Positions 11,765 to 21,712 of a stretch of DNA of 64,000 nt are shown here, one piece after another. Numbering within the stretch: the stretch's first letter is position 1; each line of letters begins with the position of its first letter. Under the pieces are notes generated by a model. That model made no database searches. It was not told the DNA's origin and was given only the letters and a program-made list of their open reading frames with translations. This stretch comes from Geopsychrobacteraceae bacterium (lineage in GTDB: Bacteria; Desulfobacterota; Desulfuromonadia; Desulfuromonadales; Geopsychrobacteraceae), in NCBI GenBank assembly GCA_963662315.1, contig OY759353.1:544001-608000 (forward strand). The letters are read 5' to 3'. Made by a program: the position numbers and the translations under genes.

Positions 11765-12544
11765 ATGAGAGTTTCTCCTTTTATTCTTATCCTCATATTT
11801 CTCGCCCCACTACTCTGCAGTTGTGAAACTGGTGTCTATCATACGGTTACTAAAGGGCAGACGTTATATCGTATCAGTCGCACCTATCAGGTTAACGAAG
11901 AGTATCTTGCCAGGGTTAATGGGATCTCAGACCCGTCACAACTGCGTATCGGTACGCGGTTATTTATTCCCGGTGCAAGTCAGGTTGAATCGGTTTCCGT
12001 CGTGAAGCCTTCTATAGCCCAAAAGTCCCCAAAATCAGCTCAAAAGCCTACCCCAGTGCAACGGAGTGCTAGCGTTGCGGAGCCCAAAAAGTTACCACGT
12101 GAAACAATAACTGTTACCCCCTCTGTTGTTGTAAGAAAAACAAGTGCGCCTGCTGCGAAGCCAGCTACTCTTCACAAGCTCAACTGGCCACTAAGAGGAA
12201 AAATTGTCAGAACGTTCAGAGACAAAGCGAATAGCGGAGGAGGAAAGGGGATAGAAATTGCAGTGCGGTCCGGTTCGCCGGTCACTGCCGCAGATGCCGG
12301 AAGGGTCATTTTTAGTGGAGATGGTGTCAGGGGATACGGTTTTCTTGTTATTTTGCAGCATGAAAATGATTTATTTACTGTTTATGGCTTTAACACCAAA
12401 AACCTTGTTAATCAGGGAGATTTTGTCAGTAAAGGGGAACGAATCGCCCTGTCTGGTATTCCGCCCGGAGGTGGGGCGGCGAGACTTCATTTTGAGGTAA
12501 GAAAAGGAAAGGTCGCTGTCGATCCTCTTTTGTACTTGCCTTGA
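11765..12544 (+). CDS. nlpD: LysM + M23 peptidase lipoprotein (NlpD-like)
   Basis: Lipobox LLCSC, LysM (HTVTKGQTLYRISR), Pro/Lys linker, M23 domain (WPLRG...LHFEVR); lies between pcm and rpoS. Confidence 0.85.
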   Translation: MRVSPFILILIFLAPLLCSCETGVYHTVTKGQTLYRISRTYQVNEEYLARVNGISDPSQLRIGTRLFIPGASQVESVSVVKPSIAQKSPKSAQKPTPVQRSASVAEPKKLPRETITVTPSVVVRKTSAPAAKPATLHKLNWPLRGKIVRTFRDKANSGGGKGIEIAVRSGSPVTAADAGRVIFSGDGVRGYGFLVILQHENDLFTVYGFNTKNLVNQGDFVSKGERIALSGIPPGGGAARLHFEVRKGKVAVDPLLYLP

Positions 12545-12610
12545 AGCATGGTGCTATCTAGTATGACTTTGTGATCTTTAATCTCTCATTTACCTGCCGG
12601 GGAGGGTGCT

Positions 12611-13585
12611 ATGGACGAGTTTGACAAAGAACTGGATGAGGGCAGTCAGCTAGAAATGCCTGAAGATGAGGAAGATATTGAGGGCTTTTCTACCGTTGAA
12701 CTAGAGACTGATGATATTGACCCTAGCACAAAAGATGAAAGTGATGAAGACAGCCACGCCACAGCTGACGCGATCAAACTTTATCTTAAGGAAATTCAGA
12801 GAAGTAAGTTGCTGTCCGCAGAAGACGAGAGGCATCTCGCCGGTCTTATTGCCAAAGGTGATAGCTCGGCACGGGACCGAATGATTGAGTCTAACCTGCG
12901 CCTGGTGGTAAAAATTGCCAAACGTTATATGAATCGTGGCCTACCCTTCCTTGACCTGATAGAGGAAGGAAATATGGGTTTAATTAAGGCTGTTGAAAAG
13001 TTCAAGGTCAGTAAAGGTTGTCGTTTTTCCACCTATGCCACCTGGTGGATCCGACAGTCTATCGAGCGGGCTCTGGTTAATCAAAGCCGGACAATAAGAC
13101 TGCCTGTTCATGTTGCTGATGATATTAACAAACTGACAAAGGTCAGTCGCGAACTTGTACATCGTTTTAAGCGTGATCCCGAACCCGAAGAGATTGCCGA
13201 AGCAATGGGAACAGATGTGGCTAACGTCAGGCGTATGCTGGTGCTGGTAAAAAAGACATTTTCCATTGAGCATCCAATGGGTGACAACGAGGATTACAGT
13301 CTTATCGATACGATTGAAGATAAAAACATGGTTGATCCCGGCAGTATGATAGAGGACCTCGATCGTTTTGCTCATGTTATGGAATGGATGGATGATCTGA
13401 ATGACAATGAGCGGGAAATTCTGGCGATGCGATTCGGTCTGGATGATCGTGAACCGGAAACTCTTGATACAATTGGGCAGAAGTTTGGCGTGACCAGAGA
13501 ACGGATCCGTCAGATCGAGGCGAAAAGTCTTGCTAAATTGCGCAAAACAGTGCAGGAGCGCCTTCCCGACGAAAGCAAACACTAA
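12611..13585 (+). CDS. rpoS: RNA polymerase sigma factor RpoS-like
   Basis: SNLRLVVKIAKRY, DLIEEGNMGL, FSTYATWWIRQ, TRERIRQIE; no region 1.1; surE-pcm-nlpD synteny. Confidence 0.9.
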   Translation: MDEFDKELDEGSQLEMPEDEEDIEGFSTVELETDDIDPSTKDESDEDSHATADAIKLYLKEIQRSKLLSAEDERHLAGLIAKGDSSARDRMIESNLRLVVKIAKRYMNRGLPFLDLIEEGNMGLIKAVEKFKVSKGCRFSTYATWWIRQSIERALVNQSRTIRLPVHVADDINKLTKVSRELVHRFKRDPEPEEIAEAMGTDVANVRRMLVLVKKTFSIEHPMGDNEDYSLIDTIEDKNMVDPGSMIEDLDRFAHVMEWMDDLNDNEREILAMRFGLDDREPETLDTIGQKFGVTRERIRQIEAKSLAKLRKTVQERLPDESKH

Positions 13586-13732
13586 AATTTCATCTGAAGA
13601 AAAGTTATTTTCCGCTGTGGTGTTGTCAATCTGAGGTCTTGCCAGTGTGACGTTAATTACTGGGCCTTCGCGCAAGACATTGATTTTCTGGCCACAACTA
13701 AAAATGGTTCGTTTTCAATCTGAAGATTTGGC
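13581..13732. repeat. ~150-bp MITE-like element, copy 2 (inverted, more diverged)
   Basis: Shares TTTCATCTG, TTTTCCGCTGTGG, TGTCAATCTG, CGCGCAA, TTGATTTTCTGG.CACAAC and TCGTTT.CAATCTGAA in the same order with the reverse complement of copy 1. Confidence 0.75.
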
Positions 13733-13777
13733 AGTTAGAAATTTGCAAACAGGTTAATGAATTACAGGAGAACCGTC

Positions 13778-14293
13778 ATGGAAGATTTAAAGCAAATTAT
13801 CCGGGATATTCCCGATTTTCCTAAAAAAGGAATCATCTTCAAAGATATCACCACGCTATTGTCTGATGCAAAAAGTTTTCATCGTATGGTGGACCTGTTG
13901 GCCCATCGTTATGTGGGGGAAAAAATTGATCAGATTGTTGGTATTGAAGCGCGTGGCTTTATCCTGGGGGCAGCCCTGGCGTACAAGCTTGGCACCGGAA
14001 TAACGCTGGTCAGAAAGGCAGGCAAACTCCCGTATCACACCCGCAGCATCAGTTATCAGCTGGAGTATGGTGAAGATACCCTCGAGATTCATGAAGATGC
14101 ATTCAACCCTGGTGATAAGGTGATTATTGCTGATGATCTACTGGCTACCGGAGGTACTATGGTGGCGGTTGTTGAGCTGGTTGAAAAATTCGGAGCAGAA
14201 GTCTTCGAATGTGCTTTTATGGCAGAACTGGAGTTTCTAAATGGCCGCAGTAAACTGCCTGACGGAAAGGTCTTCAGTCTTTTAAAATTTTAA
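13778..14293 (+). CDS. apt: Adenine phosphoribosyltransferase
   Basis: [35 protein letters not shown]. Confidence 0.97.
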   Translation: MEDLKQIIRDIPDFPKKGIIFKDITTLLSDAKSFHRMVDLLAHRYVGEKIDQIVGIEARGFILGAALAYKLGTGITLVRKAGKLPYHTRSISYQLEYGEDTLEIHEDAFNPGDKVIIADDLLATGGTMVAVVELVEKFGAEVFECAFMAELEFLNGRSKLPDGKVFSLLKF

Positions 14294-14369
14294 CTTGGAT
14301 GGGGAAAAGCTTTGTTTGCGGACGAAAGCCTTGTCAAATGACATCATCTGGGGTATAAGCAGTGCCCAT

Positions 14370-14446
14370 GGCCCCGTAGCTCAGCTGGATAGAGCGGCAC
14401 CCTCCTAAGGTGAAGGTCGGAGGTTCAAATCCCCCCGGGGTCGCCA
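14370..14446 (+). tRNA. tRNA-Arg(CCT)
   Basis: GGCCCCG/CGGGGTC acceptor stem, anticodon loop CTCCTAA, GGTTCAAATCC T-arm, encoded CCA. Confidence 0.95.
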
Positions 14447-14617
14447 TCTTATCATCCTATCCTCTGCTGATTTCTTACGTTTAGTAACCAAATCAGCAGA
14501 GGATAAATTGTTTGTGCCATACCTGGCTAGACAACCGCTAACCCACCAACTACAATTTTCTGTGGTTATATAGAGTTTTTTCAATTTCTGAGTCTACATA
14601 GAAAATCAGGATCGAAT

Positions 14618-15289
14618 ATGGTTAATCAAGCCGACAGGGAGAGTCTGACTCCCTTAATAGTTGAAGATTGGGGCATGTTGGATTACCAGGCAGCTCTGGT
14701 CCGGCAAAATGAGCTTGTTGCCAATCATCTATCTGGTTGCGAGGTGGATCGGCTGGTTTTCGTTCAACATCCGCCCACCATAACGCTTGGGCGCCGCGGG
14801 TCACGAAATGATCTTCATTTTCCGGAAAATTTTTACCAGCAACAAGGAATCTGCTTGCAGCAAGTGAACAGGGGAGGGCTGGCAACTGCTCATGAACCGG
14901 GACAACTCGTTGCATATCCGATATTGAAATTAAAACAAAAGAATCTGAAACTGTATGCAAACGCATTCTTGAATGTTGTCATTCGGCTGCTGGATGATTT
15001 TGGGATAGAAGGCTACCTTAAGCCAGGAGAACCTGGGGTGTGGGTCAATGGTAATAAAATCTGCAGTTTCGGTATTGGTTTGAAGCGTTGGGTTTCTTTT
15101 CACGGAATCGCGTTAAATGTTAATAACGATCTTTCGACATTTAGAATGATTGTTCCGTGTGGCCGGCCTGAAGAAATTGTTACCTCGCTAAAAGAGCAGG
15201 TTGGTTACGAAATTGATTTGAAGACAGCCTATCGCCATTTTGTCGCTTATTTTTGCTCGGCTTTTCAGTATTATCCGCTAGAACATTGA
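14618..15289 (+). CDS. lipB: Lipoyl(octanoyl) transferase
   Basis: QHPPTITLGR, RGGLATAHEPGQLVAYPI, KICSFG, HGIALNV, IVPCG. Confidence 0.92.
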   Translation: MVNQADRESLTPLIVEDWGMLDYQAALVRQNELVANHLSGCEVDRLVFVQHPPTITLGRRGSRNDLHFPENFYQQQGICLQQVNRGGLATAHEPGQLVAYPILKLKQKNLKLYANAFLNVVIRLLDDFGIEGYLKPGEPGVWVNGNKICSFGIGLKRWVSFHGIALNVNNDLSTFRMIVPCGRPEEIVTSLKEQVGYEIDLKTAYRHFVAYFCSAFQYYPLEH

Positions 15290-15410
15290 TGCTTTAGAAG
15301 GTTTTTTCCCGATCTTAAAAAATGTATTATTCCTGAATTTTCTAATATGGTGAAATGTGCTTTTGTGATAAAATTAAACAATTATCATAATGGATATTTA
15401 AGGAGCTGAG

Positions 15411-16280
15411 ATGCCTACAGATTTTCAAACTGTTGTCCGGTCGATACGCGATTTGCCACCGATGCCGGTAGTCGCAACAAAAGTTCTTCAGCTGCTGGGG
15501 GATCCGAACGTCAATTATAATCACGTTGCCCATGCAATTTCGAGCGATCCTGCAGTTTCTGCTCGTCTCATAAAAGTCGCAAATTCTTCTTTCTACAGCA
15601 TGAAAAGGCAGATCAAGACACTTGATCATGCTATCGCTATTGTCGGTGAGCGTACCCTGCGCAGTCTTGTGCTTGCTGCAAGTCTTGAAGGAATGAATAA
15701 AACTTACGGATTGCTGGAAAAAATGCTCTGGGAAGATGCCATGGGATGTGCCATCGGCAGCCGTATCCTGGCCCGTAAATTTTCTACTGCTGACCCGGAG
15801 GAAGCCTTTCTGGCTGGGTTGTTCCGCCACCTGGGTCTCGTTGTTATGAATTTCAGTGATCCCAATGCGTATCGTACTTTAGTGGAGACGGCCTATTCTG
15901 AAGGTGTTAATACTTCGGTATTGGAGGGGCGTTTTTTCCCTTATTCTCATGCAGTTGTCGGGGCTGCCGTTCTTGATAAATGGAACTTCTCCCGTTCGCT
16001 GGTTATGGCCGTATTGCACCATGAAGATTTAAATATCATGGACAATGAGGATGAAATCGATTTTGATGTCAAAGCCGTTTCTGCTTTAACTGCTACCGTA
16101 AACCTTTCCAGTCAAATTTGTCTGAGGTTAGGCCTTGGGCAACGCGAACCTGTCACTGATCTTGATGTTTTTGGCTGTCTTGGCGCTCAGGCGCTTGGTT
16201 TGGATGAAAATCAGGTTGACGAAGCTATTAATGAAATAGACAGTGTTTTTAATGAAAACCGAGATTTTTTTGTTGGTTGA
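15411..16280 (+). CDS. Stand-alone HDOD domain protein
   Basis: LPPMP...DPAVSARLIKVANSSFY...AFLAGLFRHLG...HAVVGAAVLDKWNF. Confidence 0.9.
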   Translation: MPTDFQTVVRSIRDLPPMPVVATKVLQLLGDPNVNYNHVAHAISSDPAVSARLIKVANSSFYSMKRQIKTLDHAIAIVGERTLRSLVLAASLEGMNKTYGLLEKMLWEDAMGCAIGSRILARKFSTADPEEAFLAGLFRHLGLVVMNFSDPNAYRTLVETAYSEGVNTSVLEGRFFPYSHAVVGAAVLDKWNFSRSLVMAVLHHEDLNIMDNEDEIDFDVKAVSALTATVNLSSQICLRLGLGQREPVTDLDVFGCLGAQALGLDENQVDEAINEIDSVFNENRDFFVG

Positions 16281-16309
16281 TCGGTATTCCGGAAAAGATT
16301 TTTCTCACG

Positions 16310-16332
16310 GGGAGCTTTTGCTCCCTTTTTTT
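16310..16332 (+). terminator. Intrinsic terminator after the HDOD gene
   Basis: GGGAGC-tttt-GCTCCC followed by T7. Confidence 0.75.
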
Positions 16333-16382
16333 ATTTTTATCGGCTAGGATAGTGATGTTATTAAGATTCATGGTAGGTGAAA

Positions 16383-17117
16383 ATGAAAGAAAGACTTGAT
16401 AAATTACTGGTCGAAAAAGGGTTTGTTGCCTCACGTGACAGAGCGCGTTCCATGATCCTTGCCGGGCAGGTGGTTGTGGATGACCACCGGGTTGACAAGG
16501 TAGGCGCCCAGGTCCTGATCGATGCTGAAATTCGTCTTAAGGGTGAAGACCTTCCGTTTGTATCGCGTGGAGGATTAAAGCTCGCAAAAGCTTTAGACAC
16601 CTTTACTATTGATGTCAGCGGGAGGGTTGCCATCGATGTCGGTGCTTCTACAGGTGGCTTTACTGATTGTTTACTGCAGCGTGGTGCCACCAAGGTTTAT
16701 GCTATTGATGTTGGCTACGGACAGTTAGCATGGAAATTACAGAACGATCCGCGTGTCGTAAACAAGGAACGGTGTAATATTCGTTACCTTTCTATTGCAG
16801 AGCTGGATGAAGTGCCTTCTCTTGCGGTTATTGATGCCTCGTTTATATCCTTGGCCAAGGTTTTGCCTAATACCATTGATCTGATTACTGGACAGGGTGA
16901 AATCGTTGCTCTGATCAAACCTCAGTTTGAGGTTGGCAAGGGGCAGGTTGGGAAGAACGGCATTGTCAAGGATGAATTGTTACATCAGGCTGTTGTTGAG
17001 CGCATTGCCGAAGAAGCAAAAACGCTTCATTGTCAGGTGCTTGGTTTGACTGAAAGCCCCATTCGGGGTGCCAAAGGAAATGTCGAATTTCTTATCCACC
17101 TCGTAAAGACCTGTTGA
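16383..17117 (+). CDS. tlyA: TlyA-family rRNA methyltransferase
   Basis: S4 domain (KERLDKLLV), VSRGGLKL, DVGASTGGFTD, LIKPQFE. Confidence 0.95.
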   Translation: MKERLDKLLVEKGFVASRDRARSMILAGQVVVDDHRVDKVGAQVLIDAEIRLKGEDLPFVSRGGLKLAKALDTFTIDVSGRVAIDVGASTGGFTDCLLQRGATKVYAIDVGYGQLAWKLQNDPRVVNKERCNIRYLSIAELDEVPSLAVIDASFISLAKVLPNTIDLITGQGEIVALIKPQFEVGKGQVGKNGIVKDELLHQAVVERIAEEAKTLHCQVLGLTESPIRGAKGNVEFLIHLVKTC

Positions 17118-17203
17118 ATTCGCAAGTCATAGTGATTATTGTTGAGTTAAACCATGGCGCTGTTGTGAAACGTTTTTACTGACTGTTTTGTATTGAGGGT
17201 GTT

Positions 17204-17551
17204 ATGAATAAGGGTTGTTTATTCTGTAAAATTGTCTCAGGTGATATTCCAGCAAAAATGCGCTACCAGGATGACCTTGTCGTGGTTTTTGAAGATATCA
17301 GTCCACAGGCTCCCGTACATTTATTGATTGTTCCTAAAAAGCATATTTCTACGACCCTGGATTTATCTGTTGAAGATAATAATTTGATTGGACACGTATA
17401 CCAGGTCGCTGGGCAGATGGCACGCGAGTGTGGTTGTGCTGAAGATGGTTTCCGAGTCGTTAACAATTGTAATGCTGCCGGTGGGCAAACCGTGTGGCAT
17501 CTTCACTTTCATCTGCTGGGCGGCCGAGACCTGACATGGCCTCCGGGGTAG
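17204..17551 (+). CDS. HIT-family nucleotide-binding protein (HinT-like)
   Basis: CLFCKI, GQTVWHLHFHLLGGR, C-terminal WPPG. Confidence 0.95.
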   Translation: MNKGCLFCKIVSGDIPAKMRYQDDLVVVFEDISPQAPVHLLIVPKKHISTTLDLSVEDNNLIGHVYQVAGQMARECGCAEDGFRVVNNCNAAGGQTVWHLHFHLLGGRDLTWPPG

Positions 17552-17563
17552 GTGTAGCTTTTT

Positions 17564-19006
17564 ATGATGGATTATGACAGTAAAACCGAACAACGGCTGA
17601 TGACCGACATTATGGAGCTGTTGGTCACGCATCATTCGGCAGAATTATCTGAAGAAGAGTTGGACCACCAACTGCAGCGGGTTCAGCAAGCCTTGACCGA
17701 TGCCCGCACTTCGCATCGAGGCCAGGTGCGTAAATCAGGTGAGCCCTATATTTTCCATCCCCTGAGGGTGACACATCTGGCCGCGCGCCACTGGATGGAT
17801 TTTCCGTCTGTCATTGCTGCATTGTTGCATGACGTTGTTGAAGATACTCCGGTCACCTTGACCGATGTCCGTAAAAAATACGGCAGTGAAGTTGCTCACC
17901 TTGTCGACGGGTTGACAAAAGTCACTTCTGAGATCATGAGTAAGGAAGACCTTAAGAAGGAGACTTATAAGAAAACTTTGCTGGTAGCTATCAAAGACTT
18001 GCGTGTCCTCTGTCTTAAGTTCTGGGATCGTGTCGATAACCTGTTGACCATTTCGGCTCTGCCACCTCAGAAGCAAAAACTGATTGCAGAAGAAACCCGT
18101 ATGGTCTATGTCCCATTGGCTCAGCATCTTGGGATGGGCTATGTGGCGACTGAACTTGAATCTTTATCTTATTCAATTCTTTATCCGAAACGGGCCAAAA
18201 ATTATCAGCTTAGGATTGAAGAACTGCAGTATAAGCATTCGGAATTCTTACGACGAATTAAGGCTCATATAAATAGCTCCTGCGAAAAACAGAAAATTTC
18301 AGTGCTGCTGAAAGATCGCTGGCGATCCTTCTCTGTTGCGGCTGCCCAGGGGATGAATCGTGGTTTTTCAACCATGTACACCTTGGAAGTCCAGGTTGAT
18401 CGTATGATGGATGCTTACTTATTTCTCGGTATTCTGCATAGTTCATATCCGCCCATCCCTGGAAAACTCCGTGATCACTTGAATATGACCTCAAAATATG
18501 GCTATCAGGCCTTAAAAACGACCGTTCAGGCCGGGGAGCTGAGAATGCGGGTTGAAATTACAACTCGAAAATTGGCCCGTTTTAACGAGTCCGGGGTGCT
18601 TGCGCCCGGCTTCACCTTTCGTCTTGATAATTTCAGAGACCTGATGAGGAGCCTCATGGAAGGGGAATCCGCTTTTGACACTGAATCGCTGAAGCTGGCT
18701 TCCGCAACAATTCAGGTATATACCCCCCAGGGAGAAATCAGAATTCTTCCAGAAGGAAGCAGCGTTCTTGACTTTGCTTTTGATATCCACGATTCCCTTG
18801 GGTTGCATGCCCGCCGTGGTGTTATTAACGGTCGTACGCGTCAGCTAAAATACCGTCTGCTTGATGGTGATCAAATTGTAGTTGAAACTTCCGATAAGCC
18901 AGAGGTACTGCCCAAGTGGCTGGAATGGGCTATCACTCCCAAAGCGCGTAACAGTATCCGCCGCTATCTGCGTAATAAGGTAAGAGAAGCAAAAAGTGAG
19001 AGTTGA
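17564..19006 (+). CDS. RelA/SpoT homologue: HD hydrolase, degenerate synthetase, TGS; no ZFD/ACT
   Basis: RKSGEPYIFHP and LLHDVVEDT intact; synthetase motifs eroded; TGS motif VYTPQGE...LDFAFDIH. Confidence 0.85.
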   Translation: MMDYDSKTEQRLMTDIMELLVTHHSAELSEEELDHQLQRVQQALTDARTSHRGQVRKSGEPYIFHPLRVTHLAARHWMDFPSVIAALLHDVVEDTPVTLTDVRKKYGSEVAHLVDGLTKVTSEIMSKEDLKKETYKKTLLVAIKDLRVLCLKFWDRVDNLLTISALPPQKQKLIAEETRMVYVPLAQHLGMGYVATELESLSYSILYPKRAKNYQLRIEELQYKHSEFLRRIKAHINSSCEKQKISVLLKDRWRSFSVAAAQGMNRGFSTMYTLEVQVDRMMDAYLFLGILHSSYPPIPGKLRDHLNMTSKYGYQALKTTVQAGELRMRVEITTRKLARFNESGVLAPGFTFRLDNFRDLMRSLMEGESAFDTESLKLASATIQVYTPQGEIRILPEGSSVLDFAFDIHDSLGLHARRGVINGRTRQLKYRLLDGDQIVVETSDKPEVLPKWLEWAITPKARNSIRRYLRNKVREAKSES

Positions 19007-20057
19007 AAATTATATCCTTATCTTCGGTGTGGTGTTGTCAGTGCTGTTCGCGTCCTGTGGTGCGGTCGCTGCTGGTCAGGTAAATGCCTTCATTTATCAT
19101 CGGTTTGATGAATCGAGGTATCCTTCGACCAATATTGCAGCCTCTGTTTTCAGGCAACAGCTGGAATATTTAAAAACTCACAACATTGAAGTCATTGGTT
19201 TGGACAACCTTTCTCAGCGGTTAAATTCTGGTCGTGCATTACCTGAACATGCGGCGGCGCTGTCGGTTGATGATGGTTATTCGTCTTTTTATGATGTTGC
19301 TCTACCGATTATTGAAGAATATGGTTTTCCTGTCAGCCTTTTTGTGAACACCGATGCGGTCGGTAAGCGCGGTTATATGTCCTGGGACCAACTACAGGAT
19401 GCTCAAAGGCGGGGCATAATCATTGCTAATCATACCGCGTCGCATCCCTATATGATTGAGGCTGTTGGCGGCGAAACTTATCAGACATGGAAACAGCGGA
19501 TAAGTCACGATATTGCTACCGCACAACATGCTCTTGAAATGCACCTGGGGGCAGGTCCTGGTTTGTTTGCTTATCCTTATGGAGAATACTCGCCCGAAGT
19601 CGTTGCTATTGTTAAGGATGCTGGGTTTGATGTAGCCTTTGCTCAGCAATCAGGGGTTATAACTGAAGCGACTGATCTTTATGTCCTGCCCCGTTTTCCC
19701 ATGGGGGGGCCGTTTGCAACCCTGGATGGTTTTATCAGCAAATTAAACATGAAGCCTCTGGTTGTCACTGATGGGGCTGAGGCTTCTCCAGTAATAACCA
19801 CGATAAATCCGCCGACACTACTGCTGAAAATACCTGATCTTCAGACGGTTCGGGGTGTTAACTGTTTTGTTCAGGGAGATAATGGTTGTCAGGTGGATGT
19901 TGCTGCCGATAAAGGAGCGCATTGGTTTCGTGTTAAAGCGGAAAAACCATTATCCGGCAGGCGCAATAAATACACACTGACGGTTCGTAATGAACAGGGG
20001 GGATGGTCCTGGTTCAGTCATTTATGGATCAATGCTGACCATGCCGCCGGAAAATAA
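18996..20057 (+). CDS. Exported polysaccharide deacetylase (CE4/NodB)
   Basis: Signal peptide, IYHRF, SVDDGY, NHTASH, FAYPYGE. Confidence 0.88.
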   Translation: MRVENYILIFGVVLSVLFASCGAVAAGQVNAFIYHRFDESRYPSTNIAASVFRQQLEYLKTHNIEVIGLDNLSQRLNSGRALPEHAAALSVDDGYSSFYDVALPIIEEYGFPVSLFVNTDAVGKRGYMSWDQLQDAQRRGIIIANHTASHPYMIEAVGGETYQTWKQRISHDIATAQHALEMHLGAGPGLFAYPYGEYSPEVVAIVKDAGFDVAFAQQSGVITEATDLYVLPRFPMGGPFATLDGFISKLNMKPLVVTDGAEASPVITTINPPTLLLKIPDLQTVRGVNCFVQGDNGCQVDVAADKGAHWFRVKAEKPLSGRRNKYTLTVRNEQGGWSWFSHLWINADHAAGK

Positions 20058-20146
20058 TGTGCTGCAAATAGGGTGATGGTCCCGGGTTCGGTGGCAACAA
20101 TTGTATTTAGTTGCGCTCGGATCGATTCTGTAACTCGTCAGAAGGT

Positions 20147-21052
20147 TCAGGCGGCGGTTTTTCTCAGTTTTGCGGAGGCATAGCGGAAAAATTTATTGTG
20201 CCGAATCATTGTTTGAATCTCTTTAATATATTCTTCCCCACGCGTTGAATAGCGCAGCAACCCTTCCGATAACGATATCCCGTCTGGAGTGTCGCCAGCT
20301 TGACGCATTTCAGAACGGATCAGTCGGAATTCCCGATAAGCTTTGTGGGTATTCAGGTTGTGCAGATATGATCTGACTGAATCATAAACCGTATTGAACT
20401 TTTCAATTTCGTAGGTTTGCCCTTCCGGGCGTCCAGTCGGGACAATCCCTTGCCCCTGCTGATAGGTCCACTCACCAAAAAGATTGTTTGCGACCCGTGA
20501 AAATCTCGAGGTTCCCCAGGCAGACTCATTGGCCGCCTGAGCCAGAGCCAGATCAGGGGGAACCGTATCGATACGCATTTCCAGTTTCTTAAATATCTGT
20601 TCAGGGGAGTTTCTATCCATATTGACGCGATATCGCTCTGCCAGGGAACGCAACGCATGTTGCTGGCTGCCGCTGATGTGCTTATACAGGGAGTAGTTGC
20701 GTTTGATTTTTTCCAGGATGCTGCGCTCAATGCGAATTTCATTATTGGCAAGCAGTACCATGGGGAGCAGCGCACGGATGAATACCGATTTGCGTTTGTT
20801 GCTTGAGCTGACGTCACCAAGATCTTCAGGTAGATTACGCAAGATAATCGGGGGCACACCAGAGCTTAAATCTTCCAGGTGATAGCCGTAGCGTTTGAAT
20901 TGCATCTCCAGGGATGACACCGACTGCTCCCCCAGAATCTGAATATCTGGACCTTTGTAAATAGGAGCAGAGCTTTCAGTGCAGCTGGCCAGAACCAGCA
21001 CAAAAATAACGAGTGCCGGGATGAATATGGTGTGTATAATATTATTTTTCAT
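20147..21052 (-). CDS. Bax-like glucosaminidase (GH73) lipoprotein
   Basis: Lipobox VLASC, LAQAANESAWGTSRF, NNLFG, YLHNLNTH, YSTRGEEY. Confidence 0.88.
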   Translation of the reverse strand: MKNNIIHTIFIPALVIFVLVLASCTESSAPIYKGPDIQILGEQSVSSLEMQFKRYGYHLEDLSSGVPPIILRNLPEDLGDVSSSNKRKSVFIRALLPMVLLANNEIRIERSILEKIKRNYSLYKHISGSQQHALRSLAERYRVNMDRNSPEQIFKKLEMRIDTVPPDLALAQAANESAWGTSRFSRVANNLFGEWTYQQGQGIVPTGRPEGQTYEIEKFNTVYDSVRSYLHNLNTHKAYREFRLIRSEMRQAGDTPDGISLSEGLLRYSTRGEEYIKEIQTMIRHNKFFRYASAKLRKTAA

Positions 21053-21235
21053 ACGTTTTATCTGTTGCTCGCGCAACAACAGCGCATGTATATATAGAAA
21101 TTACAAAGATTTGTCAATCATTTAAAATCCTGATTTCTCATATTTTACAATAGGTTTACCAGTAATTGAAATCCATGATCATTATAATTTTACAGGGAAA
21201 TCGGAAACGCCGTTAATCTGGTTCCTGAAGAAGGA

Positions 21236-21664
21236 ATGCCGCTTATGAAATCATACCGGAAAGAATTGTTTTTAAATGTCCCATCGCGGCGTGGATTCAT
21301 AAATATTACCAGAAATATTGAAAACTGTCTCAAGGACAGTGGCATCCGGGAAGGTTTACTGCTGTGCAACGCTATGCATATTACTGCGTCGGTGTTCATT
21401 AATGATGATGAAAAGGGATTGCATCAGGACTTTGAGCGCTGGCTCGAAGAGTTGGCTCCTCACGAACCATTACATCTTTATCGGCACAATAATACTGGGG
21501 AAGACAATGGCGATGCGCATTTGAAGCGCTCAATAATGGGGCGCGATGTTGTTGTTGCAGTGACAGATGGGAAGCTTGATTTCGGTCCCTGGGAGCAGGT
21601 GTTTTACGGAGAGTTCGACGGACGTCGGAAGAAAAGGGTACTGGTGAAAATTATTGGTGAGTGA
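21236..21664 (+). CDS. yjbQ: YjbQ/UPF0047 family protein
   Basis: [34 protein letters not shown]. Confidence 0.92.
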   Translation: MPLMKSYRKELFLNVPSRRGFINITRNIENCLKDSGIREGLLLCNAMHITASVFINDDEKGLHQDFERWLEELAPHEPLHLYRHNNTGEDNGDAHLKRSIMGRDVVVAVTDGKLDFGPWEQVFYGEFDGRRKKRVLVKIIGE

Positions 21665-21712
21665 CTTGTTAATTAATTGTGTGCTAAGTTGTTGTAAACG
21701 CATAAAAAGTTA

